A stretch of DNA of 64,000 nucleotides. Origin: Candidatus Nealsonbacteria bacterium. Lineage in GTDB: Bacteria > Patescibacteriota > Minisyncoccia > Minisyncoccales > JANBVM01. The notes under the pieces were generated by a model that was not told the origin of the DNA, did not search any database, and was given only the letters and a program-made list of their open reading frames with translations. The stretch lies in contig CP061210.1 of assembly GCA_026016225.1 (NCBI GenBank), forward strand, positions 322,000 through 385,999. The letters are read 5' to 3'. This document shows, in pieces, positions 25,324 to 34,506 of the stretch (position 1 is the first letter of the stretch; each line of letters starts with the position of its first letter). A program made the translations under genes and the position numbers.

Positions 25324-26037
25324 ATGAAAAATATATTATTAAAAGTTGAAAAATTATGGGTCAAAGGCAATGAAAAGGAGATATTAAAGGGAATAAATTT
25401 TCAAATAAAAAAAGGAGAGATTCAAGCTCTTTTAGGTCCTAATGCTTCGGGTAAATCGACCCTTGCCCAAGTAATTTTGGGCAACCCAAAATATAAAATA
25501 AGTCAAGGAAGAATTTTCTTTCATGGCCGAGAAATTAATAAAATTCTTCCGGAAAAAAGAGTAAAATTGGGAATAGCGTTAGCTTGGCAATCGCCGCCGG
25601 CAGTAAAAGGAGTGAAACTTTCTCAATTATTGGAGAAAATTTCTCAAAGGGAACTTAAAATCCCTGATGGAAGGGAATTATTAGGCAGAGAGGTAAATTT
25701 GGATTTTTCTGGTGGAGAGAAAAAAATTTCAGAATTAATCCAGATTTTGGCTTTAAATCCAAAATTGGTAATTTTTGATGAAATTGATTCCGGTTTGGAT
25801 ATTAAGAAATTGGAAAAAGTAGCGAAAATAATAAAAAAAGAATTAATAGATAAAAATATTTCAGTTTTATTGATTACTCATTGGGGTCAAATTTTAAATT
25901 TTTTAAAACCAGATATTACCAATGTAATACTTGATGGTAAGATTATTTGTCGGAGTAAAGATTATAAAAAAGTTATAAAAACCATTAAAAAATATGGTTA
26001 TGAAAAATGTAAAAAATGTCCATTTTTTGCAAATTGA
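25324..26037 (+). CDS. sufC: Fe-S cluster assembly ATPase SufC
   Basis: 237 aa with Walker A GPNASGKST, FSGGEKK and LVIFDEIDSGLD. Confidence 0.85.
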   Translation: MKNILLKVEKLWVKGNEKEILKGINFQIKKGEIQALLGPNASGKSTLAQVILGNPKYKISQGRIFFHGREINKILPEKRVKLGIALAWQSPPAVKGVKLSQLLEKISQRELKIPDGRELLGREVNLDFSGGEKKISELIQILALNPKLVIFDEIDSGLDIKKLEKVAKIIKKELIDKNISVLLITHWGQILNFLKPDITNVILDGKIICRSKDYKKVIKTIKKYGYEKCKKCPFFAN

Positions 26038-26905
26038 CCACAAGATTAAAAATATCTTTGAGGCAAAAGAAGTAACAATTTTGCCAAGTCTCGAAGCTTG
26101 GCAGAAGTTTGTTTGGACAAGAAAATTTTTCGGAGAAAAACCAAAAGAAGGATATTTTGTTTGGGTCAAAAAGCAAATTAATTTTCCTTTGATGACTTGT
26201 ATTACTATTGCTTCGCCTAAAATTTTTCAAGATTTAAACAATTTATTAATCATTGAAAAAAATATTAAGGTAAAAGCAAATGGGGTTTGCAATGCTCAAA
26301 AAAATAATCTTTGCGGGACTCATAAAGCCAAAGGGAAACTTATTTTAAAAGAGGGAGTTTTCTTGGAATATGAACATATCCATAGATGGGGCGAGAAAGA
26401 TAATATCTCTCTGGATTATGAGTTTACTTTAGAGAAAAATTCCCGTTTAATTTACAATTATCAAAATTTATTTCCGCCAGAGAATCTGAAATTAAAAACA
26501 ACAATTCACAATGGGAAAAATTCTTCTTCAAATTTAAATTTTGTCATTAATTCTTTTAACTCAAAAACGAAAGTAAAAGACAGCATTTTTTTAGAGGGTC
26601 AAGGTTCCCAGGGAATTATTAGGTTAAGATTGATTGGAAGAAAAAAGAGTCAAATTGAAGCCGTCAGCCAAATTTTTGCTAAAGCTCCCGGAAAAGGTCA
26701 TCTGGATTGCCAGGGATTATTAGTCAGCAAAACCGCTAAAATTTCTTTAATTCCTCAATTGGTTTGTCAAAACAAGGAAGCTCAAATCACTCATGAAGCC
26801 TCTATTGGTAAAATTTCAGAGGAAGAATTAACTTATTTAAGAATGAGGGGGCTAACCGAAAAAGAGGCAATTGATTTAATAGTTAGCGGATTTTTAAAAC
26901 TATGA
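25994..26905 (+). CDS. SufB/SufD-family Fe-S assembly scaffold protein (short form)
   Basis: 303 aa. The C-terminal ITHEASIGKISEEELTYLRMRGLTEKEAIDLIVSGF matches the SufBD signature. The start is uncertain because of a 44-nt overlap with sufC. Confidence 0.75.
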   Translation: MVMKNVKNVHFLQIDHKIKNIFEAKEVTILPSLEAWQKFVWTRKFFGEKPKEGYFVWVKKQINFPLMTCITIASPKIFQDLNNLLIIEKNIKVKANGVCNAQKNNLCGTHKAKGKLILKEGVFLEYEHIHRWGEKDNISLDYEFTLEKNSRLIYNYQNLFPPENLKLKTTIHNGKNSSSNLNFVINSFNSKTKVKDSIFLEGQGSQGIIRLRLIGRKKSQIEAVSQIFAKAPGKGHLDCQGLLVSKTAKISLIPQLVCQNKEAQITHEASIGKISEEELTYLRMRGLTEKEAIDLIVSGFLKL

Positions 26906-27960
26906 CAAAAAAACTAATCTGTGCAATGTCGGGAGGCGTTGATTCCTCGGTGGCGGCAGCTCTTTTAAAAGAGACTGATGGTTTTGAGGTAATAGGTGCT
27001 TTTATGAAAGTTTGGCCGGGAGATAAATTAAAAAAATCGGAGGAAAGAGCAAGAAGAATAGCAAAAGCTTTAAAAATTCCTTTTTATGTTTTTGATTTTG
27101 AAAAAGAGTTCAAAAAGAGAATTGTACACTGCTTTTTAAGTGGATATAAAAAGGGAAAAACCCCAAATCCCTGTGTTGAGTGTAACAAGGAAATAAAATT
27201 TGGTTTGTTGTTAAAAAAAGCTCGTCAGCTGGGGGCAAAATTTATTACTACCGGTCATTACGCCAGAATTAGAAAAGGGCAAGATAGAATTAAATTAGTA
27301 AAAGCAAAAGATAAAAACAAAGACCAGTCTTATTTTTTGTGGAAACTTAATCAAAAACAATTAAAATATATTCTTTTTCCTGTTGGGGGTTATACAAAGA
27401 ACGAGGTAAAAAAAATGGCAAAAGAATTTAATCTTCCACTTTCTGGAGTTTCAGAATCTCAAGAGATTTGCTTTATTGAGAAAGATACAAATGATTTTTT
27501 AAAGTACTATCTTAAGACAAAACCAGGAAACATTATTGACACCAAAGGAAGAATAATAGGCCAGCATCAGGGATTATGGTTCTATACCATAGGGCAGAGA
27601 AAAGGAATAAAAGTTCCCCAGGGGCCATTTTATGTTGCAGGTAAAGACTTAAAGAAAAATATTTTAATTGTCACTAAAAATGAAAAAGACCTTGATAAAA
27701 GAGAGCTTATTGCAAAAAACGTTAATTGGATTTCTAGAAGAGCTCCGAAACTTCCTTTAAAGATAAAGGCAAAAATTCGCTATCGACATCAGTCAGCTTT
27801 AGCAATAATAACTAAAAAGTTAAAACCTAAAAGCTACAAATTAATCTTTGACAAATCCCAGCGAGCAATAACTCCCGGCCAGTCAGTAGTTTTTTACAAA
27901 AGAGAGGAAGTTTTGGGCGGGGGAATAATTGTTAAAGGGAATGTTTCCAAATCTCTATGA
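26902..27960 (+). CDS. mnmA: tRNA 2-thiouridine(34) synthase MnmA
   Basis: 352 aa with PP-loop AMSGGVDSSVAA, NPCVECN, TGHYAR and KDQSYFL motifs. Confidence 0.9.
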   Translation: MTKKLICAMSGGVDSSVAAALLKETDGFEVIGAFMKVWPGDKLKKSEERARRIAKALKIPFYVFDFEKEFKKRIVHCFLSGYKKGKTPNPCVECNKEIKFGLLLKKARQLGAKFITTGHYARIRKGQDRIKLVKAKDKNKDQSYFLWKLNQKQLKYILFPVGGYTKNEVKKMAKEFNLPLSGVSESQEICFIEKDTNDFLKYYLKTKPGNIIDTKGRIIGQHQGLWFYTIGQRKGIKVPQGPFYVAGKDLKKNILIVTKNEKDLDKRELIAKNVNWISRRAPKLPLKIKAKIRYRHQSALAIITKKLKPKSYKLIFDKSQRAITPGQSVVFYKREEVLGGGIIVKGNVSKSL

Positions 27961-28874
27961 AAAAACCTAAGGCTTTAATTTTATTTTCTGGTGGTTTGGA
28001 TTCAATTTTGGCAGCCAAAATTTTAATGGAGCAAGGAATAAAAATCACAGCCCTCTTTTTCAAAAGTCATTTTTTTGATTCAAAACAGGCTGAAAAAGCA
28101 GCCCAGAATCTGGGAATAAGATTGAAAGTTGTTGATATTTCAAAAGAACATCTTCAGATGGTCAAGTCTCCAAAATATGGCTATGGTTCAGCAATGAACC
28201 CCTGTTTAGATTGCCATATTTTGATGTTAAAGAAAGCCAAAGAAATTATGATGAAAGAAAAAGTTGATTTTGTGGCTACCGGTGAGGTTTTAGGGGAGAG
28301 ACCGTTTTCTCAAAATAAAGTTGCTTTAGGAATAATTGAAAGAGAATCTTCTCTAAAAGATTATTTATTGAGACCCCTTTCAGCCAAGAAATTGGAGTCA
28401 ACCATTCCTGAAAAAAAAGGTTTGGTCAATCGTCAAAAGCTTTTAGATATTTCTGGTCGTTCCAGAAAAAAACAACTAAAATTAGTTAAAAAATGGAAGA
28501 TTAAATGGTATCCTACTCCAGCTGGAGGTTGCCTTTTAACTGATTTGGAATTTGGAAAAAGATTAAAAGAGTTATTTCAAAAATATCCCAAATGCAATGG
28601 GGTAGACGTTGAACTTTTAAAGTATGGCCGTCATTTTTGGGAAAACAAGATTAAAATAATTGTTGGAAGAGAGCATAAAGAAAATCTCAGAATAAAAAAA
28701 TTAGCTAAAAAAGAAGATGTTTTAATTGAAATGAAAAATTATTCTGGGCCGACAACTTTAATTTGTGACTATGGCAAAAAAATAAAAATCCCAAAAAGAG
28801 TATTAGAAAAAGCTAAGTCTTTGACTCAATATTACTCAACCAAGGCTCGAGATAAAAAAGATGTTAATTTTTAG
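27957..28874 (+). CDS. PP-loop ATP pyrophosphatase family protein (ThiI/MnmA-like, putative tRNA sulfurtransferase)
   Basis: 305 aa with LFSGGLDSILAA (PP-loop), NPCLDCH and TGEVLGERPFSQ. Confidence 0.65.
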   Translation: MKKPKALILFSGGLDSILAAKILMEQGIKITALFFKSHFFDSKQAEKAAQNLGIRLKVVDISKEHLQMVKSPKYGYGSAMNPCLDCHILMLKKAKEIMMKEKVDFVATGEVLGERPFSQNKVALGIIERESSLKDYLLRPLSAKKLESTIPEKKGLVNRQKLLDISGRSRKKQLKLVKKWKIKWYPTPAGGCLLTDLEFGKRLKELFQKYPKCNGVDVELLKYGRHFWENKIKIIVGREHKENLRIKKLAKKEDVLIEMKNYSGPTTLICDYGKKIKIPKRVLEKAKSLTQYYSTKARDKKDVNF

Positions 28875-28956
28875 GTCTAAACTTTTAATGTTTACTTAAA
28901 AAAGATATAATTAATAAAGGTCATTTTTTTTAAAAAATAATTAAGTTATAGTTTAG

Positions 28957-29715
28957 ATGGAATTAAAAAATAAAGTAGCAATTATTACAGGGGCTCGAAG
29001 GGGAATGGGAAGAACTCATGCTTTACTTTTAGCTAAAGAAGGAGCTAAAGTTGTAGTTTCAGATATTTCTCTTGAAGATTGTCAAAAGGTAGTTAAAGAG
29101 ATTAAAGAACAAGGAGGAGAGGCAATAGCAGTAAAGTGTAATGTAGTAAAAAAAGAAGAGGTTGAGGATATGGTTAAAAAGACAATAAAAGCTTTTGGAA
29201 AAATAGATATTTTAGTTAACAATGCAGGAATCTTACAGTTTAAACCTTTTTTGGAATTAACAGAAGAAGATTGGGATAGAACGTTAGGAATTAATCTAAA
29301 AGGTTATTTTTTATGTGCCCAAGCTTGTGCCAAAGAAATGGTAAAGCAAAAATCAGGGGTAATTGTTAATGTAGCCTCCATAGCAATGGGGGGTATGGGA
29401 GTTGGTTTTCCGAATATTGTTCATTATTCTGCTTCAAAAGGGGGAATAGTAGCAATGACCGAAGCTTTAGCTTTGGAAATGGCTCCTTACAACATTAGAG
29501 TTAATGCTGTAGCTCCGGGAGCTATTGATACTCCAATGACAGCTTCAACAAAACAAGACCCCAAATCTATGGAAGGAACATTAGCCAGGATTCCAATGCA
29601 CAGAATGGGAAGGCCGGAAGAGATTTCAAAGGCAGTTTTGTTTTTAGCTTCAGAGAACTCTTCTTATATAACAGGTTCAGTAATAATTGTTGATGGAGGC
29701 TGGCTTGCTACATAA
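28957..29715 (+). CDS. SDR-family oxidoreductase (FabG-like)
   Basis: 252 aa with TGARRGMG (TGxxxGxG), NNAG and the YSASK catalytic motif. Confidence 0.85.
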   Translation: MELKNKVAIITGARRGMGRTHALLLAKEGAKVVVSDISLEDCQKVVKEIKEQGGEAIAVKCNVVKKEEVEDMVKKTIKAFGKIDILVNNAGILQFKPFLELTEEDWDRTLGINLKGYFLCAQACAKEMVKQKSGVIVNVASIAMGGMGVGFPNIVHYSASKGGIVAMTEALALEMAPYNIRVNAVAPGAIDTPMTASTKQDPKSMEGTLARIPMHRMGRPEEISKAVLFLASENSSYITGSVIIVDGGWLAT

Positions 29716-29779
29716 AAACATAGAAGCATAAAAGCATACAAACAGGAATGTTTTAATATTTAGATGTTTAAATGCCTTA

Positions 29780-29992
29780 ATGAAAGATAAAATTACCCAA
29801 AACACCACTTTAGCTGATGTTTTAAAACATCCAAAAGCTGAAAAGATTTTGGTAAAGTATAATTTACCATGTTTGGGTTGTCCTTTTGCTAAATTGGAGA
29901 TGGAGAACCTAAAAATAGGAGATATCTGTAAGATGTATGGAATTGATGCTGATAGTCTAATAAAGGAATTAAATAGGGTTTACAGAAAATAA
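29780..29992 (+). CDS. DUF1858-type small redox-disulfide domain protein
   Basis: 70 aa. The pattern TLADVLKHPKAEKILVKYNLPCLGCPFA is typical of the hybrid-cluster-protein-associated redox disulfide domain. Confidence 0.6.
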   Translation: MKDKITQNTTLADVLKHPKAEKILVKYNLPCLGCPFAKLEMENLKIGDICKMYGIDADSLIKELNRVYRK

Positions 29993-30013
29993 AATTTGTG
30001 GTATTATCGCTAT

Positions 30014-31081
30014 ATGGCTAAAAATCTAAAAAATTTAATAATTATAGCAATTATTATTTTTGGAATTTCAATTACAGGTTATTTTTTTTATAAAAACAAT
30101 AATGAAGACAAAGTTAGTGAGGGAAATTTATTAACTCCCCAACAAGCAGCTGAAAAAGCAATAAATTATATAAACCAGTATCTATTAGAAGAAGGTGTAA
30201 TAGCTTCTTTAATAGAAGTAGTTGAGGATAATGGTTTATATAAATTTAAGTTAAAAGTTCTGGAGGAGGAACATAGTTCTTATGTTACTAAAGATGGTAA
30301 GCTTTTATTTCTTGGAGGTTTTGATATGGATCAAAAGATAGAACAGCCAGAGACCTCAGTTGAACAGCCAGAAAAATTAACCTGTGAAGATATTAAAAAA
30401 ACAGAGAAACCATTATTGGAAGCTTTTGTCGTAAGTGAATGCCCTTTTGGAATCCAGATGCAGAGAATTTTAAATGAAATTGTTAAAAATATTCCATCGC
30501 TAGCCAATAATATAAGAGTTGAATATATGGGTTCTATTCAAGGAGACAAAATAACTTCAATGCACGGTGATAAAGAAGCTCAAGAAAATCTAAGACAAAT
30601 TTGTTTAAGAGAAGAACAGCTAGATAAATATTGGAACTATATTGACTGCTATATTAAAAAAGGAGATGTAGAAAATTGTTTAGTAGCGGTTAATGTAGAT
30701 ATGAATAAGTTAAATACTTGTATAAATGATAATTCAAAAGGGCTAAAGTATGCAAGAGAAGATTTTACGGTTCAAGATAAATACAATGATACTCCTGAAT
30801 GTAAAAAATGTATGAAGAATCCACCACCTACAGGATGTAGTAATCAATGTCCTGTAACAGGTTCACCAGCTTTAATTTTAAATGACCAGGGTCAACCAGA
30901 AGGAGTAAGTGAGTTTAATTTCGGTGGCAGAACTGCTGAAGCAGTAAAAACTCTACTTTGTTGTGGGTTTAAGACAGAGTCAGATATTTGTTTCCAGAAA
31001 TTAGCTGAAACTTCTGCAGCTACAGGGTTTTCAGAAACATACAGTCAATCCTCTATCTCTTCCGGGGGTAGTTGCGAATAA
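30014..31081 (+). CDS. membrane-anchored thioredoxin-fold (DsbA-like) protein with a Cys-rich C-terminal region
   Basis: N-terminal TM helix and a SECPFG motif in a thioredoxin-like context. The ATG at 30014 is preferred over the ORF-track TTG at 29996. Confidence 0.5.
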   Translation: MAKNLKNLIIIAIIIFGISITGYFFYKNNNEDKVSEGNLLTPQQAAEKAINYINQYLLEEGVIASLIEVVEDNGLYKFKLKVLEEEHSSYVTKDGKLLFLGGFDMDQKIEQPETSVEQPEKLTCEDIKKTEKPLLEAFVVSECPFGIQMQRILNEIVKNIPSLANNIRVEYMGSIQGDKITSMHGDKEAQENLRQICLREEQLDKYWNYIDCYIKKGDVENCLVAVNVDMNKLNTCINDNSKGLKYAREDFTVQDKYNDTPECKKCMKNPPPTGCSNQCPVTGSPALILNDQGQPEGVSEFNFGGRTAEAVKTLLCCGFKTESDICFQKLAETSAATGFSETYSQSSISSGGSCE

Positions 31082-31129
31082 GTTGGAAGAATAAATTTAT
31101 ACTATATTTAATTAAAGATATTAATTAAT

Positions 31130-31369
31130 ATGACAAAAGTTCGTGTTTTTAGTACTCCAGTTTGTCCTTTTTGCATAACTTTAAAAGAATTCTTAAAACA
31201 GCATAATGTTGAGTTTGAAGAGATTGATGTTGCAAAAGACGAAAAGGGAAGAGAGGAAATGATTACAAAATCTGGACAGATGGGAGTGCCGGTAATAGAA
31301 ATTGATGGTGAAATTGTGGTAGGATTCAATAAAGAAAAGATTACTGAGTTATTAAATATAGAAGAATAG
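31130..31369 (+). CDS. glutaredoxin-like protein (NrdH/YruB type)
   Basis: 79 aa with the CPFC active site and GVPVIEIDGEIVVGF. Confidence 0.85.
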   Translation: MTKVRVFSTPVCPFCITLKEFLKQHNVEFEEIDVAKDEKGREEMITKSGQMGVPVIEIDGEIVVGFNKEKITELLNIEE

Positions 31370-31419
31370 AAGAATAAAAGAATAAAAGAGTAAAAGAGTA
31401 ATCTTACACTTCAAGTTTC

Positions 31420-32445
31420 ATGATTAAAATTGCCATAAATGGTTTTGGTCGGATTGGCAGAGGTGTTTTCCGTGAACTTCTGGAAAAGAAATCTGTCTTA
31501 AAGGTGGTAGCCGTTAACGATTTAACCGATACTAAGACCCTGAGCTATCTTTTAAGGTACGATTCTGTTTATGGGATTTATAAAAAACCCATTAAATATA
31601 CCGAGGATGAACTTCTAATTAATGGAGTTCGTGAAGGAGATAGGATAAAGGTTTTGGCGGAAAAGGATCCGGGGAGATTGCCCTGGCGAGATTTAGAAAT
31701 TGATATAGTTTTGGAGTGTACGGGCCGTTTCAGGAAATATGAAGATGCAAAAAAACACTTGATAGCTGGGGCAAAAAAAGTAATAATTTCAGCTCCCTCC
31801 AGAAATCCTGATAAAATTCCCTCTTTTATCTTAGGGGTTAATGAGGATAAATTTAATCCGAAGGACCATGACATTATTGATATGGCTTCTTGTACCACGA
31901 ACTGTTTAGCCCCTGTCGTAAAGGTGCTGAACGATAACTTCAAGATTGTAAAAGGAATTATGACCACTATTCATTCTTATACCACCGACCAGAAACTTTT
32001 AGATTTGCCTCATACTAAAGATTTGAGGCGAGGCAGGGCGGCCGCCTTAAACATTGTTCCCACCACTACCGGGGCGGCAAAAGCAATAGGTAAGGTCATA
32101 CCAGAAATGGAAGGAAAATTAGATGGCATAGCTTTGAGAGTACCGACTCCCACCGTGTCTGTTATTGATTTAGCTTGTGAGGTTGAAAAAAAGACAACTG
32201 TTCAAGAAGTAAACAATGTCTTTAAAAAAGCTTCTCAAGAAAAAAGATTAAAGGGAATTTTGGGAATAGAAGATGCTCCTTTGGTTTCTTCAGATTACAT
32301 AGGAAATTCTTTTTCAGCCGTTGTTGACGCCCTTTCAACAAAGGTAATAGATAATTTTATAAAAATTATAGCCTGGTATGATAATGAACACGGATATTCT
32401 TGCAGATTAGCAGATTTTACCAAGTTTGTGGGGGAAAAACTTTAA
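31420..32445 (+). CDS. gap: type I glyceraldehyde-3-phosphate dehydrogenase
   Basis: 341 aa with INGFGRIGR, the SCTTNCLAP catalytic motif and WYDNEHGYS. Confidence 0.95.
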   Translation: MIKIAINGFGRIGRGVFRELLEKKSVLKVVAVNDLTDTKTLSYLLRYDSVYGIYKKPIKYTEDELLINGVREGDRIKVLAEKDPGRLPWRDLEIDIVLECTGRFRKYEDAKKHLIAGAKKVIISAPSRNPDKIPSFILGVNEDKFNPKDHDIIDMASCTTNCLAPVVKVLNDNFKIVKGIMTTIHSYTTDQKLLDLPHTKDLRRGRAAALNIVPTTTGAAKAIGKVIPEMEGKLDGIALRVPTPTVSVIDLACEVEKKTTVQEVNNVFKKASQEKRLKGILGIEDAPLVSSDYIGNSFSAVVDALSTKVIDNFIKIIAWYDNEHGYSCRLADFTKFVGEKL

Positions 32446-32481
32446 AATTAAACTAAGTTCTCAAGAGCTTATTAGATTTTG

Positions 32482-32508
32482 CCCTATATCATCAGGTATA
32501 GGGTTTTT
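32482..32508 (+). terminator. rho-independent terminator
   Basis: CCCTATA-tcatcagg-TATAGGG followed by TTTTT. Confidence 0.75.
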
Positions 32509-32574
32509 GATTCTCTTTTTTAATTAAGGTATACTAAATTATCATGATTTTTAAATAAATAAGTATTAAAAATT

Positions 32575-34506
32575 ATGAAAAAGAAAAGTAATCTTTACTA
32601 TCCTAATAAAAAATTTAAAAAAAGAGCCTGGGTAAGAGATAAAACTATTTATAAAGAAGCTAATAAAAATCCAATTAAATTTTGGAATAAAATAGCTAAA
32701 GAAGTTATTTGGTTTAAAAAACCTAAAAGAACTTTTATACATAAACCTCCTTGCTTTAAATGGTTTGTTGGTGGGAAGTTAAACATTACTCAAACTGCCT
32801 TAGACAGAAATTTAGAAGAGAGAAAAAATAAAGTTGCTTTAATCTGGGAGCCGGAACCAACAGAAGAGCAATCAAAAATTTTAACTTACTACGATCTGTA
32901 TCGAAAAGTTAATAGATTTGCCAATGCTTTGAAAAGATTAGGAGTTAAAAAAGGTGATAGGGTAGGAATTTATTTACCAATGATTCCCGAAGTGGTAATT
33001 TCAATGTTAGCTTGTGCCAGAATTGGAGCAGTTCATTCAGTTGTATTTTCGGCTTTTAGCTCCAGGGCATTGAGAATAAGATTACAAGATACCAAAGCTA
33101 AGATTTTAATAACAGCAGATGGTTATTACCGAAGAAGCAAGATTATCGACTTAAAGAAAAATGCTGATGAGGGAATAAGAGAGACAGATGTGAAAAAAGT
33201 TGTTGTAGTTAAGAGAGCAAAAAATCCAGTAAAAATGAAAAAGGGCAGAGATATTTGGTGGCAGGATTTAGTTGAGAAGGAAAGTGATGATTGTGAAGCA
33301 GTGCCAATGGATTCAGAAGACCCTTTATTTATTTTAACTGAAAGTGGAACTGCCGGTCAGTATTTACAAATTCTTCATACTACCGGAGGTTATACAGTTC
33401 AAGCTTACATTACCGGTAAATGGGTGTTTGATTTCAAAGATGAAGATATCTTCTGGTGTATGGCTGATGTTGGTTGGGCAACAGGCCATACTTACGGGAT
33501 TTACTCGCCTTTACTTAATGGAGTTACTTTTTTGATATTTGAAGGAGCGCCGGATTGGCCAGAGCCCCACAGGTGGGCTCAAATCATTGAAAAATATGGA
33601 GTAACAACTTTCTATACTGCCCCTACCGCAATTCGAATGTTTGAGAAATATAATGGTAAAATTTCTAAAAAATACAAATTTGAAAGTTTACGAATTTTAG
33701 GCTCAGTTGGTGAACCAATTAATGAAGCTACCTGGCACTGGTATTTTCAAAATGTTGGAAAAGGGAGATGTCCTTTAGTTGATACATGGTGGCAGACTGA
33801 AACAGGGGGAATTCTTATTTCTTCTTTGCCGGGTGTCGGTCCTTTCAAACCTGCTTTTACTGGTTTACCTTTTCCAGGAGTAAGATTTGATATTTTAGAC
33901 GAGAAGGGTAACTCCTTGCCCCTAAATAAAGAAGGAAATTTAGTAATGCTTCCACCTTTTGCTCCTGGATTGTTAAGAGGAATTTATAAGAATCCAAAGA
34001 AATATAAAAAAACATACTGGAGTCAGTACGGAAATAAAATTTATTTTACCTCAGATGTTGCCTATAAAGATAAAAACGGCTTAATTAGAATTGTAGGAAG
34101 AGTTGATGATATTATTAAAGTAGCGGGACATAGGATATCTACCGGGGAGTTGGAAAATATACTTTCAAAACATTCAAATGTTGTTGAATGTGCAGTGGTG
34201 GGAGTGCCGCATGAGATAAAAGGAGAAGTACCCGTAGTATTTGTAGTTTTAAAGAAAAAAATGTCTTTAGAGAAAGTGAAAAAAGAATTAATAAAAAAGA
34301 TTAGAGAAGAAATTGGACCTATTGTTAAACCAAAAGAGATTTATTTAGTTGAAGACCTTCCAAAGACAAGGAGCGGTAAAATTATGAGGAGGATTTTAAA
34401 AAGATTGTTTATTGCTGAGAATCTCGGAGACCTTTCTACTCTATCCAATCCTGAGTCTGTAAAACGTATTAAACAAATAATCCAAAAAAATGAGAAAAAG
34501 AGCTAA
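32575..34506 (+). CDS. acs: acetyl-CoA synthetase (AMP-forming)
   Basis: 643 aa with WWQTETGG, GRVDDIIKVAGHRISTGELE and the KTRSGKIMRR motif. Confidence 0.9.
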   Translation: MKKKSNLYYPNKKFKKRAWVRDKTIYKEANKNPIKFWNKIAKEVIWFKKPKRTFIHKPPCFKWFVGGKLNITQTALDRNLEERKNKVALIWEPEPTEEQSKILTYYDLYRKVNRFANALKRLGVKKGDRVGIYLPMIPEVVISMLACARIGAVHSVVFSAFSSRALRIRLQDTKAKILITADGYYRRSKIIDLKKNADEGIRETDVKKVVVVKRAKNPVKMKKGRDIWWQDLVEKESDDCEAVPMDSEDPLFILTESGTAGQYLQILHTTGGYTVQAYITGKWVFDFKDEDIFWCMADVGWATGHTYGIYSPLLNGVTFLIFEGAPDWPEPHRWAQIIEKYGVTTFYTAPTAIRMFEKYNGKISKKYKFESLRILGSVGEPINEATWHWYFQNVGKGRCPLVDTWWQTETGGILISSLPGVGPFKPAFTGLPFPGVRFDILDEKGNSLPLNKEGNLVMLPPFAPGLLRGIYKNPKKYKKTYWSQYGNKIYFTSDVAYKDKNGLIRIVGRVDDIIKVAGHRISTGELENILSKHSNVVECAVVGVPHEIKGEVPVVFVVLKKKMSLEKVKKELIKKIREEIGPIVKPKEIYLVEDLPKTRSGKIMRRILKRLFIAENLGDLSTLSNPESVKRIKQIIQKNEKKS

